Assembly: GCA_946965045.2 (NCBI GenBank)
Contig: OX337231.1
Span: forward strand, 3,658,001-3,722,000
DNA: 64,000 bases
Direction of reading: 5' to 3'
Source of the DNA: Epithemia pelagica
Taxonomy: Eukaryota > Protista > Bacillariophyta
Made by a program: the position numbers and the translations under genes. Numbering within the stretch: position 1 is the stretch's first letter; every line of letters begins with the position of its first letter. Below, piece after piece: positions 20,216 through 32,695 of this stretch. The notes beneath the pieces were generated by a model. It saw nothing but the letters and a program-made list of their open reading frames with translations. It had not been told where the DNA came from and ran no database searches.

Positions 20216-23200
20216 GATTAAGGCATGAGATACGATGATGATCAGCTTGTGCTCTCGACCAGGATGATCGAAGCGAGCAACAGCGCGGCAGCGCGAAATC
20301 AAACAAACAATAAGGAACTTTCCATCGATACCCAAAAAGACATCGGCTTCGTCTCCGGCTTGTCGCACCTCTTGCGCGCTCAACGAAAAAGGCGCCATCT
20401 GGTGGCATGTGTATGGCACATGGAACATGGGGGATGGGGGCAATACAGCCACGTACAGGGGTGAACCCCACAAACTGGACCCAAAGATTCATGATGTTAA
20501 ATAAATTGAGTCCCGTCAGAAGTACAAGGGAGACATTCGAGATTCAAGCGAAAGTGACGTATGAGCTTTTGAGCGTTGCCCTCCCCAAAGAGCAAAGAGG
20601 TAGTTACCATAGCTCTCGAAGGCTTTGGCCGCCATGTTCCGGCCTCTCTGAACAGCTTCACCCAAGCTCGAGTTCCTCTCGTATCATGCAACGACAAAGG
20701 ATAAGGTGGTATCACCCTGAGCGGACCACCGACGACAGGATTATGAGTAGAAAGTTAGTGTGCAGATTAGTTTCCGCATGAGGAGACGAGAGAGAAAGAA
20801 GGGCGAGATCAACAATCAACACTCACTTTCGAAATTCAGGTCATGTATTCTTGGCCAGAATTATCCATGTCACAAGACGACGCTGAACATTTGCAAGCCG
20901 CCATTATTGGTTTCGCAGACAATCGGGTATATCAAACATAACTCACAGATGTCGTCGAATATTCTGTCCACAACCATGATCTCTTTTCGCCTTGCAAGCT
21001 TCCTGTATTTTGATGCCACCTTGATCAATTTCTTGCAGCCTCGTCATTACCACCTGCCATTTTCTTTTTTGTCCAACGCATCATCCCCCATCATGTGTTT
21101 AATGGCTGAGCGATTGCATCATGGCCAACAAGAGTGCTTCGAAACCCGGCCTTTTTCCATGTTCGTTTGAATCAGAACAGCAAAAACACAGAGTTTATCA
21201 GGGAAACATGCGATTCAATGAAAGAAAGGAATTTGCTATTGGTTGCCTCGAGTACCATTCTGATTTCCGCATTACTGCATCCCATGAATGATCTTGACAG
21301 CCATGCCTCGTAGATTAGAGATTACTATTTCTTGCCCATTAAAATGTGAGAAAGTGTGAACCGAATTCTAGTAATGAAAATGCGATGGGGAGCTGACTGG
21401 TTGACTCAAGCGCTCAAGCATCGATAATCGATATAGACAAAACGACATCATAAACAGTTCATGATGTCCTCGGCAATTCTCAATATTTGCATAACAGATT
21501 ACAGCCCACATGATCGCGGCTCCTATTAGGCTTTAATACTCGTATCGAGTACGAGTAACGAGTATACTCGTACTCGTACGAACCCGAAATAATAATGAAA
21601 TACGAGTATTGATATTGTTACAGTACGAGTATAACTTTTACGACTACGATATTCGATTTTTGAGATCATACCGCGTAGCACAGCTATCTTAGGACTTAAG
21701 GTTAGGAGTAGGAGTAGTTACTATTACTAGGAGTATCTCTTAGCTAGTACTCCTAGATAGTGGAGTAGACAAGAGATAGCTATGGCAAAATACTCCTAAT
21801 ACTCGCCTAGGGGAATACTCTATGAAATTGTATGGAAGTCGATTCGAGTTTTCCTGTGAAGAAAGCATATTTCCCTCACACGATTCACGAAGCCGGTTTC
21901 ATGGACCAACCAGAAACATGGCAAAAAATGACTAAATCCTTGAGAAATGCGTATTGGGCTTGAAGCACTGATAGAGAAGAAGAATTAAAGGTCAAATTGG
22001 ATAAACAGCAAAGAGTGTGGAGGCTAGTTAAGGTTTTTCTATCCAAAGATTTTGGAGTGTTCTACTTCCCGTGCCACTCGTCATCCTGTTCTTCCGCTCC
22101 TCGGTGATCCCTCACACTTTGCCTCACACAAATCCAGTAACTTTTTGGATTTTCCAGCTTTTTTGTATGTGTGATGATGATGTGGGCCGTCAGAGCAATG
22201 CCAACTACCAACACACAGTGACGGTGGGGTTCTCTCCGCAAGAACACCTGGCAGTTTGACTCATATATTTGTGGAATCTGTCTTGGAGTTGACCCTCCAA
22301 TGAGCCAATGAGATATGGCTGTTCTTATCCTTAGCCGACTTTCTCTGGTAACTCCGACTTTCTCTGGTAACTGGTTTCCACTCCGTACATGAGCGTCGTC
22401 ATTCCAGTCGGCGAACGTTGCATCATTGGAAGTCAATGGCACTCATCCATACACACAGAAATGCCACTGCAAGAGATCAAAATGGTTCAAAGCGTCATCC
22501 TAATCCGTCTGTGTATTTGAACGAGTAAACTGCGCTCGATGCAAGTCCTCCGTGCAGCCCGTGCAGCCTGTGCCTCTGGTAAGTGACGAATCAAGTTGCC
22601 TGTCATCTGCTAACACCCATTTTACCATTTCCGTACGATAGATCTGTAAAGCCAATCATGGAAATTGTGCCGTTTGCTTGGAATTGAATCATGACGATGT
22701 CGCTTACTGTTTCTGGAAGCAAACATGACTGCGGATTTTATCTTTGTTCCTTGGTAACAACTATCCGAACAGGATTCTTACGTTGTTATCAAGGACAAAG
22801 GTAATATCCACGATCATGTTTGCTTCCGTGCTTGGCGTGCTCCGCTCCTGGAACTAGAAGGATCACTGGCTGCTCATCGTCCTTGGACAAGACGAGCGGG
22901 TTTTGACTCCAGCGTGGCTCATCATTCGTGTGAGATCAAGTTGATTCGGTGAGTTGTGCCCGTGAAAAAATGCGATATGATACCTTTGCCATTTTGGTAC
23001 CTAAAGCGGCACTGGATCCCATTTTCTCAACTCGTTTGGCGCAGTTTTTGTCACAGAGAACGGAAGGAAGATCGATACACCACAGTTTTCAACCCTTCAC
23101 TGAAGTAATGGTACCTGTCCAAAGTTGACGGTATTTCAAAGGGCTTTGAAGAGGGATTACGAGAGAGTGCTCTCTTCGAAAGAACGTTTGTCATGTTCTC

Positions 23201-23428
23201 CTGTTTATCTGCAGCAAGGATTCTTTGCTAGTTTCATTACTTGTCGCAAATCTCTATGATATCTACCTAGATTAAACCAGTTCTTTTGAGACCTTTCCCC
23301 AAACTACGGCGTCTACATGCCTCTACATCACATGTTTCAGTTGTTGTAGGAACATAGAAAATGAATTAGGTAAGAGTGGCAAATAAGTATGAAAGGAAAG
23401 AACGCGAATCAGATGGATCTCTGGAGCG

Positions 23429-24010
23429 TCAAGCGAGGGGAGGTGTGATATTGCTGCCCGTATAGAACGAAGGACGAGCCCCTGTATCGCCAGAGTCACA
23501 AAGCCGCATACGTTGTTGGACTTCGTTCCATCGACTTTCCCCCGCTCTCAAACGAGCGGGAGATTGGGGTACTCTTGCTACTATCGGAGCGACCGCGGGA
23601 GGAACAGGAGTAAAAGTTCCCATGTCATGACGTCCAAACGGAGCACCCGTGTCTCCTTCGTCGCATAATCTCATGTGAAATTTGACAGTATCCCAACGCG
23701 ACGATCCTTCGGCGTTGTAGTACATTGGCTTCCTCGGAGCTGAAGGGGAAGTACAGAGTTCTTGCGGAGATTGAAGAGGTTCTTGTGGGGCGGAGGGAAC
23801 AACGGCACCTGCTGGAGGAGGAGGCATTGGAGGCGCCATGGGGCTTGTCGCGGCATAGGTATACGAAGAATCCCCCATTGACGACATGAAATGAGGGGAA
23901 CCGATGACATGGACAGATGGCCCCGAGACTCCCTTTGTCAAGGGTTGAAAGGCCTCACCCGTGAAAGAAAGCAAAAGAATTGGTAGTCCACGAAGAAAGA
24001 ACATTGTCAT
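23429..24010 (-). CDS. Hypothetical protein with signal peptide followed by F (possible plastid-targeting presequence) and two ~22-aa repeats
   Basis: MTMFFLRGLPILLLSFTGEA-FQP; Pro-rich linker; repeats RWDTVKFHMRLCDEGDTGAP / RWNEVQQRMRLCDSGDTGARP. Confidence 0.65.
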   Translation of the reverse strand: MTMFFLRGLPILLLSFTGEAFQPLTKGVSGPSVHVIGSPHFMSSMGDSSYTYAATSPMAPPMPPPPAGAVVPSAPQEPLQSPQELCTSPSAPRKPMYYNAEGSSRWDTVKFHMRLCDEGDTGAPFGRHDMGTFTPVPPAVAPIVARVPQSPARLRAGESRWNEVQQRMRLCDSGDTGARPSFYTGSNITPPLA

Positions 24011-27000
24011 ATGGTCCGCAAAAGATGAGAATTTGACCATTTTCACATCTCTGTCACGGTCTTTCCCCTGACTGGAATTGTGCGACCAAGCCTTCTCTAC
24101 AACCCCGATGTTGAAAATTAATTTACTATCAAATTAATTGTACTGTGTGAATGGAATCTTAAGAAAAATTATCCAAAATTGCGTAGTCCTGTCCCCCTCC
24201 TCTTAATTTTTGTACATTCCGGGAATCCGCAAATTACGGTAGATGGATATTACGTCATCGTGCAAGGCAATACGTGTGTTTTCGCCTTTCAAGCCGCTTG
24301 GTCGTGATCGTGGTCGTATGCCGGAAGGACGGCGAGGGAAAAGCATAACATGGGCGGATGCACATAGCTAGAGATTAGAGATACCATAAGTCCACCACAA
24401 TCTTCAGAAAACTCGCTATCAAGGACACGCTCTATTATGGAGAAGGAGTATTTCGTCGGAGAAAGCAACATGAAAGAGGGAAGTTGTAGGTCTAGAATCT
24501 CCTTCACAGATTTCTTGGTCCTATCTATGCCGACACGGTCATGTTCAGATACACTCTCAAGTTTTCCGCTGTAGAGCACCAGGATTTGACAAATCGTTTC
24601 ACAACCAATATTAGTAGATAAATCAGACAGTGGATCGTATCTTTGCTTTTGATTACAACAGTATTCGTCACGAATATTGTGAGCCAACAGCAAAGATAAA
24701 ATCCGCTGTCCTGAAGAATCGTACTACTAGTTGGCCCTGTCATTCCCTGGACGGCAGGATGACTTCAACATATGAGTGAGCCACAGAAGCGAGGAAATGT
24801 AACCGCAACTTCCGATAGAAGCCAATTTAAAAGTTCTGAGCGGGCAGCTCCTCGTTTGACACAACATGAAAAATACGAAGTCACCATTCTGTCTCAGCCA
24901 TGCGTCCTCATACTCCAACAAAAGGTAGAAGTTTGTATGTTTCTAGGGGACGTGGAAATGCTGGTATTTGTTGTTCTCGGCACTTTTGCTTCTGTCACTG
25001 TAACTCCGTCAATAGAAACATGTTGTTAGAACGAGGACAATGACGTAACACATGCAAGTCTTGTTTGTCAGATGCAATGCTCAGTTGGATGTTGTCTTTG
25101 TATTGGGCGTCGTCCTGGTTACCAACAGGGAAACAACAAAAACAAGGATAAAATCCAACTCTGCCTCACCACCGATCCTCAATTTCGATCACAAGCGTGT
25201 CAATTACACGGTCCAGACAATCGTACAAGCTCCCGATTTCGCACCGTTCAGCCATTGTCGTTACCTGACACGACAAAGTGGTCAGCTGAGATAGATTCGA
25301 TTTTATGAGGAAAAGGCAACTCTTCTAGTTGACCTCCTACCGGTAGGCTACTTCACGATCACAATGTCCGTAGTCCCTAAAGAACTTCGTTCGTATTCTA
25401 TATTTGTCTACCCTGGTCCCACTAACCACATTTTCAATGCCCCAATTCCCAATCCCGAGTCCAGAAAAGGTGACTGGCGGCTAGCCTCTTGGCTGCTTTG
25501 TCATAGCAACAAACGGATGCTGGGAGACTCTGATAACAAGGAGCCATCTAAAACTGAAGTATATTCGATACTTCTCGGATGCCAATTGCCTCATATCAAA
25601 CTGCCCCCCTAAAAGATTCACTTCTTATATTACGCAAATTAACGATTAGAATGTCCATGCGATAAGTCACTGGACGCGGGACATGTTGTGCTTTCATCAA
25701 ACGTGGAACGAAATATCCACACAAGACATCGTCTAAGATTGTCCCAATTCTTCAGTCAGTAGCTCACCTTAACCATACGAATATGAAATAGGGGCCCTTG
25801 TGGAAGGTGATACCGATCGTCGTGCATGGGAGAAAGAAGCACAGTTCTTGCCATTGCCTGAAGAGTGTTGGGAGACAAATGATTCCAGTACAGAAGAAAG
25901 TCTCGGGAACGTCCTCTGTCGTCTAATCTTGGGAGGCATCAAATGGATCGATTGGAGTGAGAAGATACCTGTCGGTTGGGGTCTGAGCCAGTTCTGCACG
26001 GTTCCGTACATTGATGTGGATTTGACCCTTGTTGTTTGCAAAAGACTTGCGTCAAAAAGGCCTCTGCGAAGAACTAAAGGAACGGGGCAAGATAGAATGA
26101 GAGTTTTGTTACAGTCAAGAAACGTCTTGGTAGCAGCCTCTGCCAACTACCAACCCTTACCAAGGACAAAATCCACATTAATGCTAAGGCCACCGTCGTA
26201 TTCACCCAACGCACGAACTATCCAATTGGTCACCATGATCCATGATATGTGGTACCGTCATCCATCATGCGATCTCCACGTTCACGTTACTTGGTCCATC
26301 TAGACTTGGTTTCGGAGGCAAGGTAGAATTATGAGATATCCTGAATAGAGCAAAGTTACATACAAAACGGCGAATGATAAGGACATGCATGGAGTCATAC
26401 GGATTAAACAAACCTCACATCGTCTGGATTAGGGAGAGCCACTAGTTTTCTCCGAGACCAGATCCGCTGGTAATCTACTTCGTGTTGCTGTTAACATATT
26501 TGTGGATTTTGAAATTATGGCAAGTAGACTCCTAGGTAGGAGGAGTTGCTTTGACTTTCCATTTCCAACCGACGACCAGATGCCAATTCAAACTAGTGAC
26601 GAAGGGTTCGCTCAGTCCTGGATTGGCGGTTGTTGGTTGGTGACTCTCCAACAGTGCCTTTTCGAGACAACATCGGTTCCATGATGGTGCCAACAGTTGT
26701 CGGTTATCATCTGGTTTTTGTGTTCGGCATTGCGTTTGTGCTTTTGTTATAAAGGGCAAATGTGAGTGGGAGGACAGTGAAACTCAGTGAGAAAACAATC
26801 GTCATGAGAAAGCTTATTCATAAGCACACTCATTGAAGATCCGTGTCCTTGGTCCTCAAGATCACTCATCACTGGTATGTAGGAGCGTAGGAGCTGGTAG
26901 CTTGTAGAGCAGCGCATCATCAAGCAGGATATTCCGTATTCAGCGCTTGACCGTGTCAAGAAATGATTTGCTAATCTTCTGGAAAAGCTGAAGAGGAAAT

Positions 27001-28636
27001 CTATGTATGTGTATGTGGTGTTGATGGGAAATGGGTTCACGGTTCACTACTACCTACTCCTAACTCCTACTCCCCGGAGTAATACTGATAGGAGTATAAC
27101 CTTAGGAGTAGGCGCTCCATCTACAATGAAACAATAGCCTATTATTTCTAACTCTCTAGCACTCTCGGGAAGTAGGTAGCTCTTTCTCCAGCGCTTGACT
27201 TGCTCAAGCAAGTGTCCCCGCTCCAGCTCCCAGCGAAGAAAGTTTGTTGTGCGTTGCGAGGTGCGAGATGCGAGACCTGTCGTGAGTGTGAGTGGTGAGC
27301 GGCGAGTGGTGTGAGGAGTACATGGGCGTAGCTCCGAATTCGCATTTCCTCAAATAAAATGGATACGTTACGCCTCAGCCAGTTCCCAATATCTAATACG
27401 AGTAGATACTCGTAGTAGATAGTAGATTTTAGAGCTGTATTGAACGAGTACTCGTACTCGTACGAGTATGGAGTATGGAGTATGGAACGTACGAAGTACG
27501 AAGTCGAAGTAAGAGAAAAGAGAACTCAACTGAATGACACGACTTGACACAAAGGAGAGAGGAGATGCAAGCTGCAAGCTGCAAGTCGGAACTTTGAACG
27601 GCTCCGAAGTATTCCAGAGGTCCCTACAAGTTTTATCTGATTTCTCTGCTCATTAACAGAAGCCCATTCTGGTATGATCATTCTTCATTTAATCCACACT
27701 GTTTCGTTCTCGTTGAACCAGTAAATTTCCCAAGGTTATCGGACATCAGAGGCAGTACTATGTTGGTGAACCCAACCAATTTTACTTTCCCAGGCGATTT
27801 TTTCACTTGCTAGGAGCTACTCCATAATATCTACTCCATCTCTCTCGATAATCCCGCGGCGAGCTTCTCGTCCTTGTAAGGGCTGGGTAAGCCGATCCAT
27901 GTTCGGCTAAGTAGGCTCAGTACATTAAGCTACGTAGTACTACTTTCATGACTGTAACAAGTGGGGCGAATGGTTACAAATCGAAAACTTGCTGCCACGA
28001 GAAACAATGCAATCCGGAAACCATCACTCGACAATGGTCGAAGAAATCACCCCCATGGCAATAACTTCCTCAATAATAGAGCTTGCCTCGACCGCTTTGA
28101 CAAGAAGATTATTTACTACTAGAGTGACTATGCTTTCAATTCGGTCGAGTCAGCATTGAAAAATGAGTGAGTTAGGGCGGTCGTTCGATTTCATCACCAC
28201 AGAAAAATGAGTATACCTTTTGATCCAACGCGACAAATCTTCTGTAGCTGCAGAACACAGTAATACTAGCAAACTCAAACAACTTACAGTAGTAGGATGT
28301 TGATGCGATGCATCGGTAAATGCATGCGGCATCAACGGATCTCGCCGTCATCGTGGAGTGTTTTTGCATTTTTTCGGACTTCCCACCATTTCAGGTAATA
28401 CGTGTACTATGGGATTTTATGTACGCTAAGTAGCTTTTGTACTGGGAGCTGGGGTAATCCTGAGCAGCTCGCTGTCATTCCAGGCAAAGTCTGACTACAA
28501 AGCGGAACACGACCAGAACGCTTAATCGATGTACTATAGCATAAACTATGAACATGGACAAATAGAGAACTAATATAAAGATTTAGGCCCACCACCACCC
28601 GGTTTTTGCAACCGCCCCAAATCATACTACATTAAT

Positions 28637-29706
28637 TTACAGACGCACCATCTTGTGCTTCATGCCGCCTTCAAATTGTGCGTCCGGCTCATGTAGGGAA
28701 ATCAACAACGCTCTGAATCCGTTTGTTGTGTCGTACATAAATTCGTAGTCGAACCTGCTTTGGACCATGAAAGGAAGAGAAAGAGAAAACTTTGACCTGA
28801 CAAAGTCTGTTTCTCTTTTTCGCATCTGATTCATGGCGTCTTCCAAAGCAAGTTTCATTCGTAGGTTTTTCTCCTCGACATGCCACTCTCTGGGCATGTG
28901 TTGGGTTAGATAATGGATATGAGTTGCGTTGTCAGGCCAAATTACCTTCACATGTACCTGTAGCTGGCTCGGATCCACTTCAATCAAGCAATTTGTTGTG
29001 TCTTCATGTGCAATACCTGTAGGCAACACCACCAAAATCACCAAATGACGCTGTTTCTTGTCGTCGACCCACTGTGTCAAGACATGAGGAGGCTCCCAAT
29101 TCCTCATCATGTCATTACCACTGTCTTCTTCATTCGTCTTTTTCCTCTTTTGTTGTAGTTGTACCTGTAGTGTCTCCTGTAATGGCATGGATCCTGCCGC
29201 CCTTTTCTTCACCATAGCATCGTCACTGACAACAGACTCAGGAGCGACCTTGGCAGCAACACCTGGTCATAAAAGACAATAAACCACAACAGGTAAGGAC
29301 AGTGACTCAACAATCAAACAAACAGTGTACACTGGCACTTACCTTGTCCTTTGGACGACCCAAACAAAGAAGGAGCTGGTTTGAGATCTCCATCATTGGG
29401 GTTCCTTACCTTTCCATCCATAGATGGGGCCGTCTCACCACGACCCAACTCATGACCAGTCTCTCTCTCATGTTGATCCTTCAAGTGGACTTGGTATTTT
29501 CTTTTGGCTTTGTTGAGTGCCGACCTGAATGATTCCAATTTGTACTTTTGGAAAACAGCGTGTTCCAACCACACAGATTTGGGTGTGGCGCTCTCCAGAA
29601 TCAAGCCTTCTGACACGATTTTGTCAAGGAATTCGGCATCTGTTGACTTTGAATTCCACGAAAGTAGGGCACCCTCGCCCAAAGTGTTGCGGCCAGACCT
29701 GGTCAT
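28637..29706 (-). CDS. Harbinger accessory protein (ORF2), 2 exons (29706-29343, 29262-28637)
   Basis: GT-AG intron 29342-29263 joins the two ORFs in frame; N-terminal W-containing helical segment (possible Myb/SANT-like); position divergent from transposase inside the TIRs. Confidence 0.7.
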
Positions 29707-30462
29707 CGGAGTATAGGTACTATTAGTACGTAAAACAAAAGCGCGAGGGAGTGCAAAACCAGACTGGTCTGTTCGCACGAAAACTAATTATGACCCTAAA
29801 AACAGTTCACCAAAATCCGGACTGGGTCGGTTTTCATCATGGACTCCATTTTTCAATCGAGGAGGCCATGCCCAATTTGGCTCCAATTCTGAAAGTAGTG
29901 CGACCCACGTATTGCCCTTACCTTGGGTCAACCGTGGGTCGTTCGTCCAAGTGAATTGGGCACTTATAAGGTGTCCTGGGTCGGTTTTAAAAAAACGAGC
30001 TGGGTCGATTTTTTCGAGCCAGGTCGTTTTTTCAAAACCGACCCAGGACACTTTCTAGTGGTTCAAATGATATAATCAAGCGACCCACAGTCAACCCAAG
30101 ATAAGGGCAATATGTGGGTCGCTTAAGATGTAGAAAGTAATAGGATGTTGGCGAGGTAGGGCCATTCAGAAATTCCAGTTTTTGAATGAAAACGATCTTT
30201 GAATCGATTTCTGCACCGTTCCAGGCCGGTTCCAATGACCGGACACGAATTCGAATTGGTCACTATATGTAGAACAGTACAAAGTTTAGTGTCGCTGCTC
30301 AACTGACCAGCCAATCAAATGAACGTGATGAAATTCCAAAAAACCTGTTCCAATGAACTGACAGTACTACACACGGACAGACCGAGATCAGAGTAAAGGT
30401 GTGGTCAGCATTGCGACACACACTGAGCAAACATAAATTTTCCAAAGCGGTTTTCTCCCACC

Positions 30463-31401
30463 ATGTTGGTGACACCACGAATATTCATCAACTTGGCTCT
30501 GCCAATGCTTGGTAGAGCAAGACACTCACACTCACTTGATTTCTCACGTGCTTTTCGTTCTTACTTTGGAATGTCTCCTTTGCTCTGTGTTCATGTGTGG
30601 GATGAACTGGACAGTTCATTGCCCAAAGGTGCATCGCCTCGTCATTTGTTGTGGACATTGGCTTTTCTGAAAGTCTATGCTACAGAGGATGTTATGGTCT
30701 CAATAGCCAAAACAACGAGGAAGACCTACAGGAAGTGGGTCAAAGTGTTTGTAAATTTGTTGTGTAGTGGTCTTAATTATGTAAGTACATGGCCCTACAT
30801 GAATTTGCCATGAAGTCGTCCTCCTCATATCTGACCATTGCTGTTGTTCTTATAACAGATTGTATGGGACAATAGGTTTGATTGTAGTGTACCTGGACAG
30901 GTCTGTTTCATTAGTTTGGATGGTACTGACTTCAGGATTTTGGAACCGTCACCTTTTGATCCAAAATGGTACTCGCACAAGTTTAAGGGAGCAGGTGTGA
31001 GGTATGAGGTGGGAATCTGCCTGAAAACTGGCTGGATAGTGTGGTGGAATGGTGCATTCCCTTGTGGCGCTTGGCCAGACCTACGGATTGCCAGAGACTG
31101 GCTTGTTCAAGAGCTACTACCGAATGAGAAAGTGATTGCTGATGGTGGTTACAACGATTCTGGATGCTACTTTGTCACACCTACTGGAAGAAATGACTAT
31201 CAAGACAAGATGATGGCTGATGCCAGGGCGAGACATGAAACTGTCAACAATTTACTGAAACATTACAATATCTTAAAGGAGAAATACAGAGGAGATCTGG
31301 ATGGGCATCACAAGGTGTTTGGAGCAGTGGTGAATCTGGTTCAGATGAAGATTGAAAATGGTGAGGCGAAAGTGTTTCAGATCGAAGTGGAAGATGACTA
31401 G
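30463..31401 (+). CDS. Harbinger DDE transposase, 2 exons (30463-30780, 30859-31401)
   Basis: Intron gtaagt...taacag 30781-30858 is in frame; SLDGTDF, YSHK...RYEV, PCG.WPD, IADGGY, RARHETVN motifs of the DDE_Tnp_4 type. Confidence 0.9.
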
Positions 31402-32695
31402 CAGTACAAATATGTAGCGGTTATGAACCGGGTGGTGGTGGGTTTTAATAGTACTAGCAGTCAGTATATCATCTTTTGTCGCTAGAGTGTTCTTTATTCA
31501 GAAAAAGCGTTCGGTAACTCCTATAGGTCACAGTCAGTATCTGACTGGTAAGGTAGCGACCTGCTCAGGATTACCCCATCTCCCTGAACCTACTTAGCCG
31601 AACATGGATCGGCTTACCCAGCCCTTAGACGTACGGAATTGCTGTAACTACAGACTGGATTGTCGGTAGATCGCGTGAGCGACGGAGTAGTCAGTAGCCA
31701 GCTGTCGGTCGAGATAGATCCCTTCTTGCAATTCCCCTATCAGAAATCAAGAAATGCGAGGACGAATGACGACCCGGACTTCGAACTTTCCTTCCATTCA
31801 AGATTCAGGATTCAGGATCGTCAGTCACAGGATCTGCTACGTCCACATATTTAAACTTTAAACTCTCCGGTTTTGTTTTGTAATCGAAATTGTGATCGAG
31901 ACGATATGGATGACGACCAACATAAAGTCAATTCTTGGTTGCTCTCTAGCCTCCTGCAACAACAAGGAGTCTTGGACCGCCAGATCGATGTGACGAACGG
32001 ACAAGGGGTTGCCTCGTTGGCGACGCGAAGCATCAACGCATCACATCTGGGATCTGCGATGGAGACATCATCTTCTTTTGCCGATTTGTCTGGCCTACCA
32101 GAGTTACGTGGACGTGTTCGTCGTCACGTACACTCAGTTATTCAATGCATGCCTTTGACGGAGACGCAAGCCTATTTAGAGGCTATGGACTGTGTGCAAG
32201 ACCATGTTCAAACCGAATCAGATCCCATTCAGTTTGTTCGCTATTGTCACTACGATTTGATGGAAGCCGCAAAACGTCTGTGCAGATATTGGACCGAACG
32301 CAAAAATACTTTTGGACCCGATCGTGCATTTCTGCCTTTGGTGGCAAGTGCTCAAGGCGGGGTCTGAATGCCGAAGACATGGCCTACATAGAAGCTGGTT
32401 TTATGTCGTTCTGTCGCAACAGACGATGTTGCTGTTGCTCAAAGTCGTACGCAGCGGAGAGTTGATGTTCCACTATGGTCAACTTGGTTCGATGATGCGG
32501 CTAACGACGAAAAGGAAGATCAAAAACAACAGATTTGGAAATTATGGTGACAGTAGGAATTTGAATCTATCTACTTTCCCATGCCGACACGCGCGCTACA
32601 AGACTGCCCGTCAACCCCACTGATGGACAGTACGCCCCACTTTGTGACACTCCCTCTCAGACGTAGTAGCCGCGTAAGCTTATAGTTTTGCATGA

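Larger units (their letters stand above)
27880..31624. mobile_element. PIF/Harbinger DNA transposon, 3745 bp, two divergent genes
   Basis: 41-bp TIRs with 1 mismatch (27880-27920 / 31584-31624, GGGCTGGGTAAGCCG...), flanked by TAA and TTA; DDE transposase inside. Confidence 0.92.

Noticed and set aside
21539-21810. TACTCG/GAGTA-rich short repeats (also 14080-14210, 27400-27510) as CRISPR-like or telomeric arrays
   Set aside because: Low-complexity, irregular, no repeat-spacer periodicity.
21840-23300. Degenerate transposase-like frame on the minus strand
   Set aside because: Interrupted by many TGA stops; family not identifiable.
24289-26303. Possible eroded Gypsy pol on the minus strand (LPRLDD, RVAFSS-like fragments)
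   Set aside because: Matches are only a few residues in different frames.
28000-28370. Integrase-like fragment (FPDCIVSRGSKF) inside the Harbinger
   Set aside because: Single short motif with stops; could be chance.
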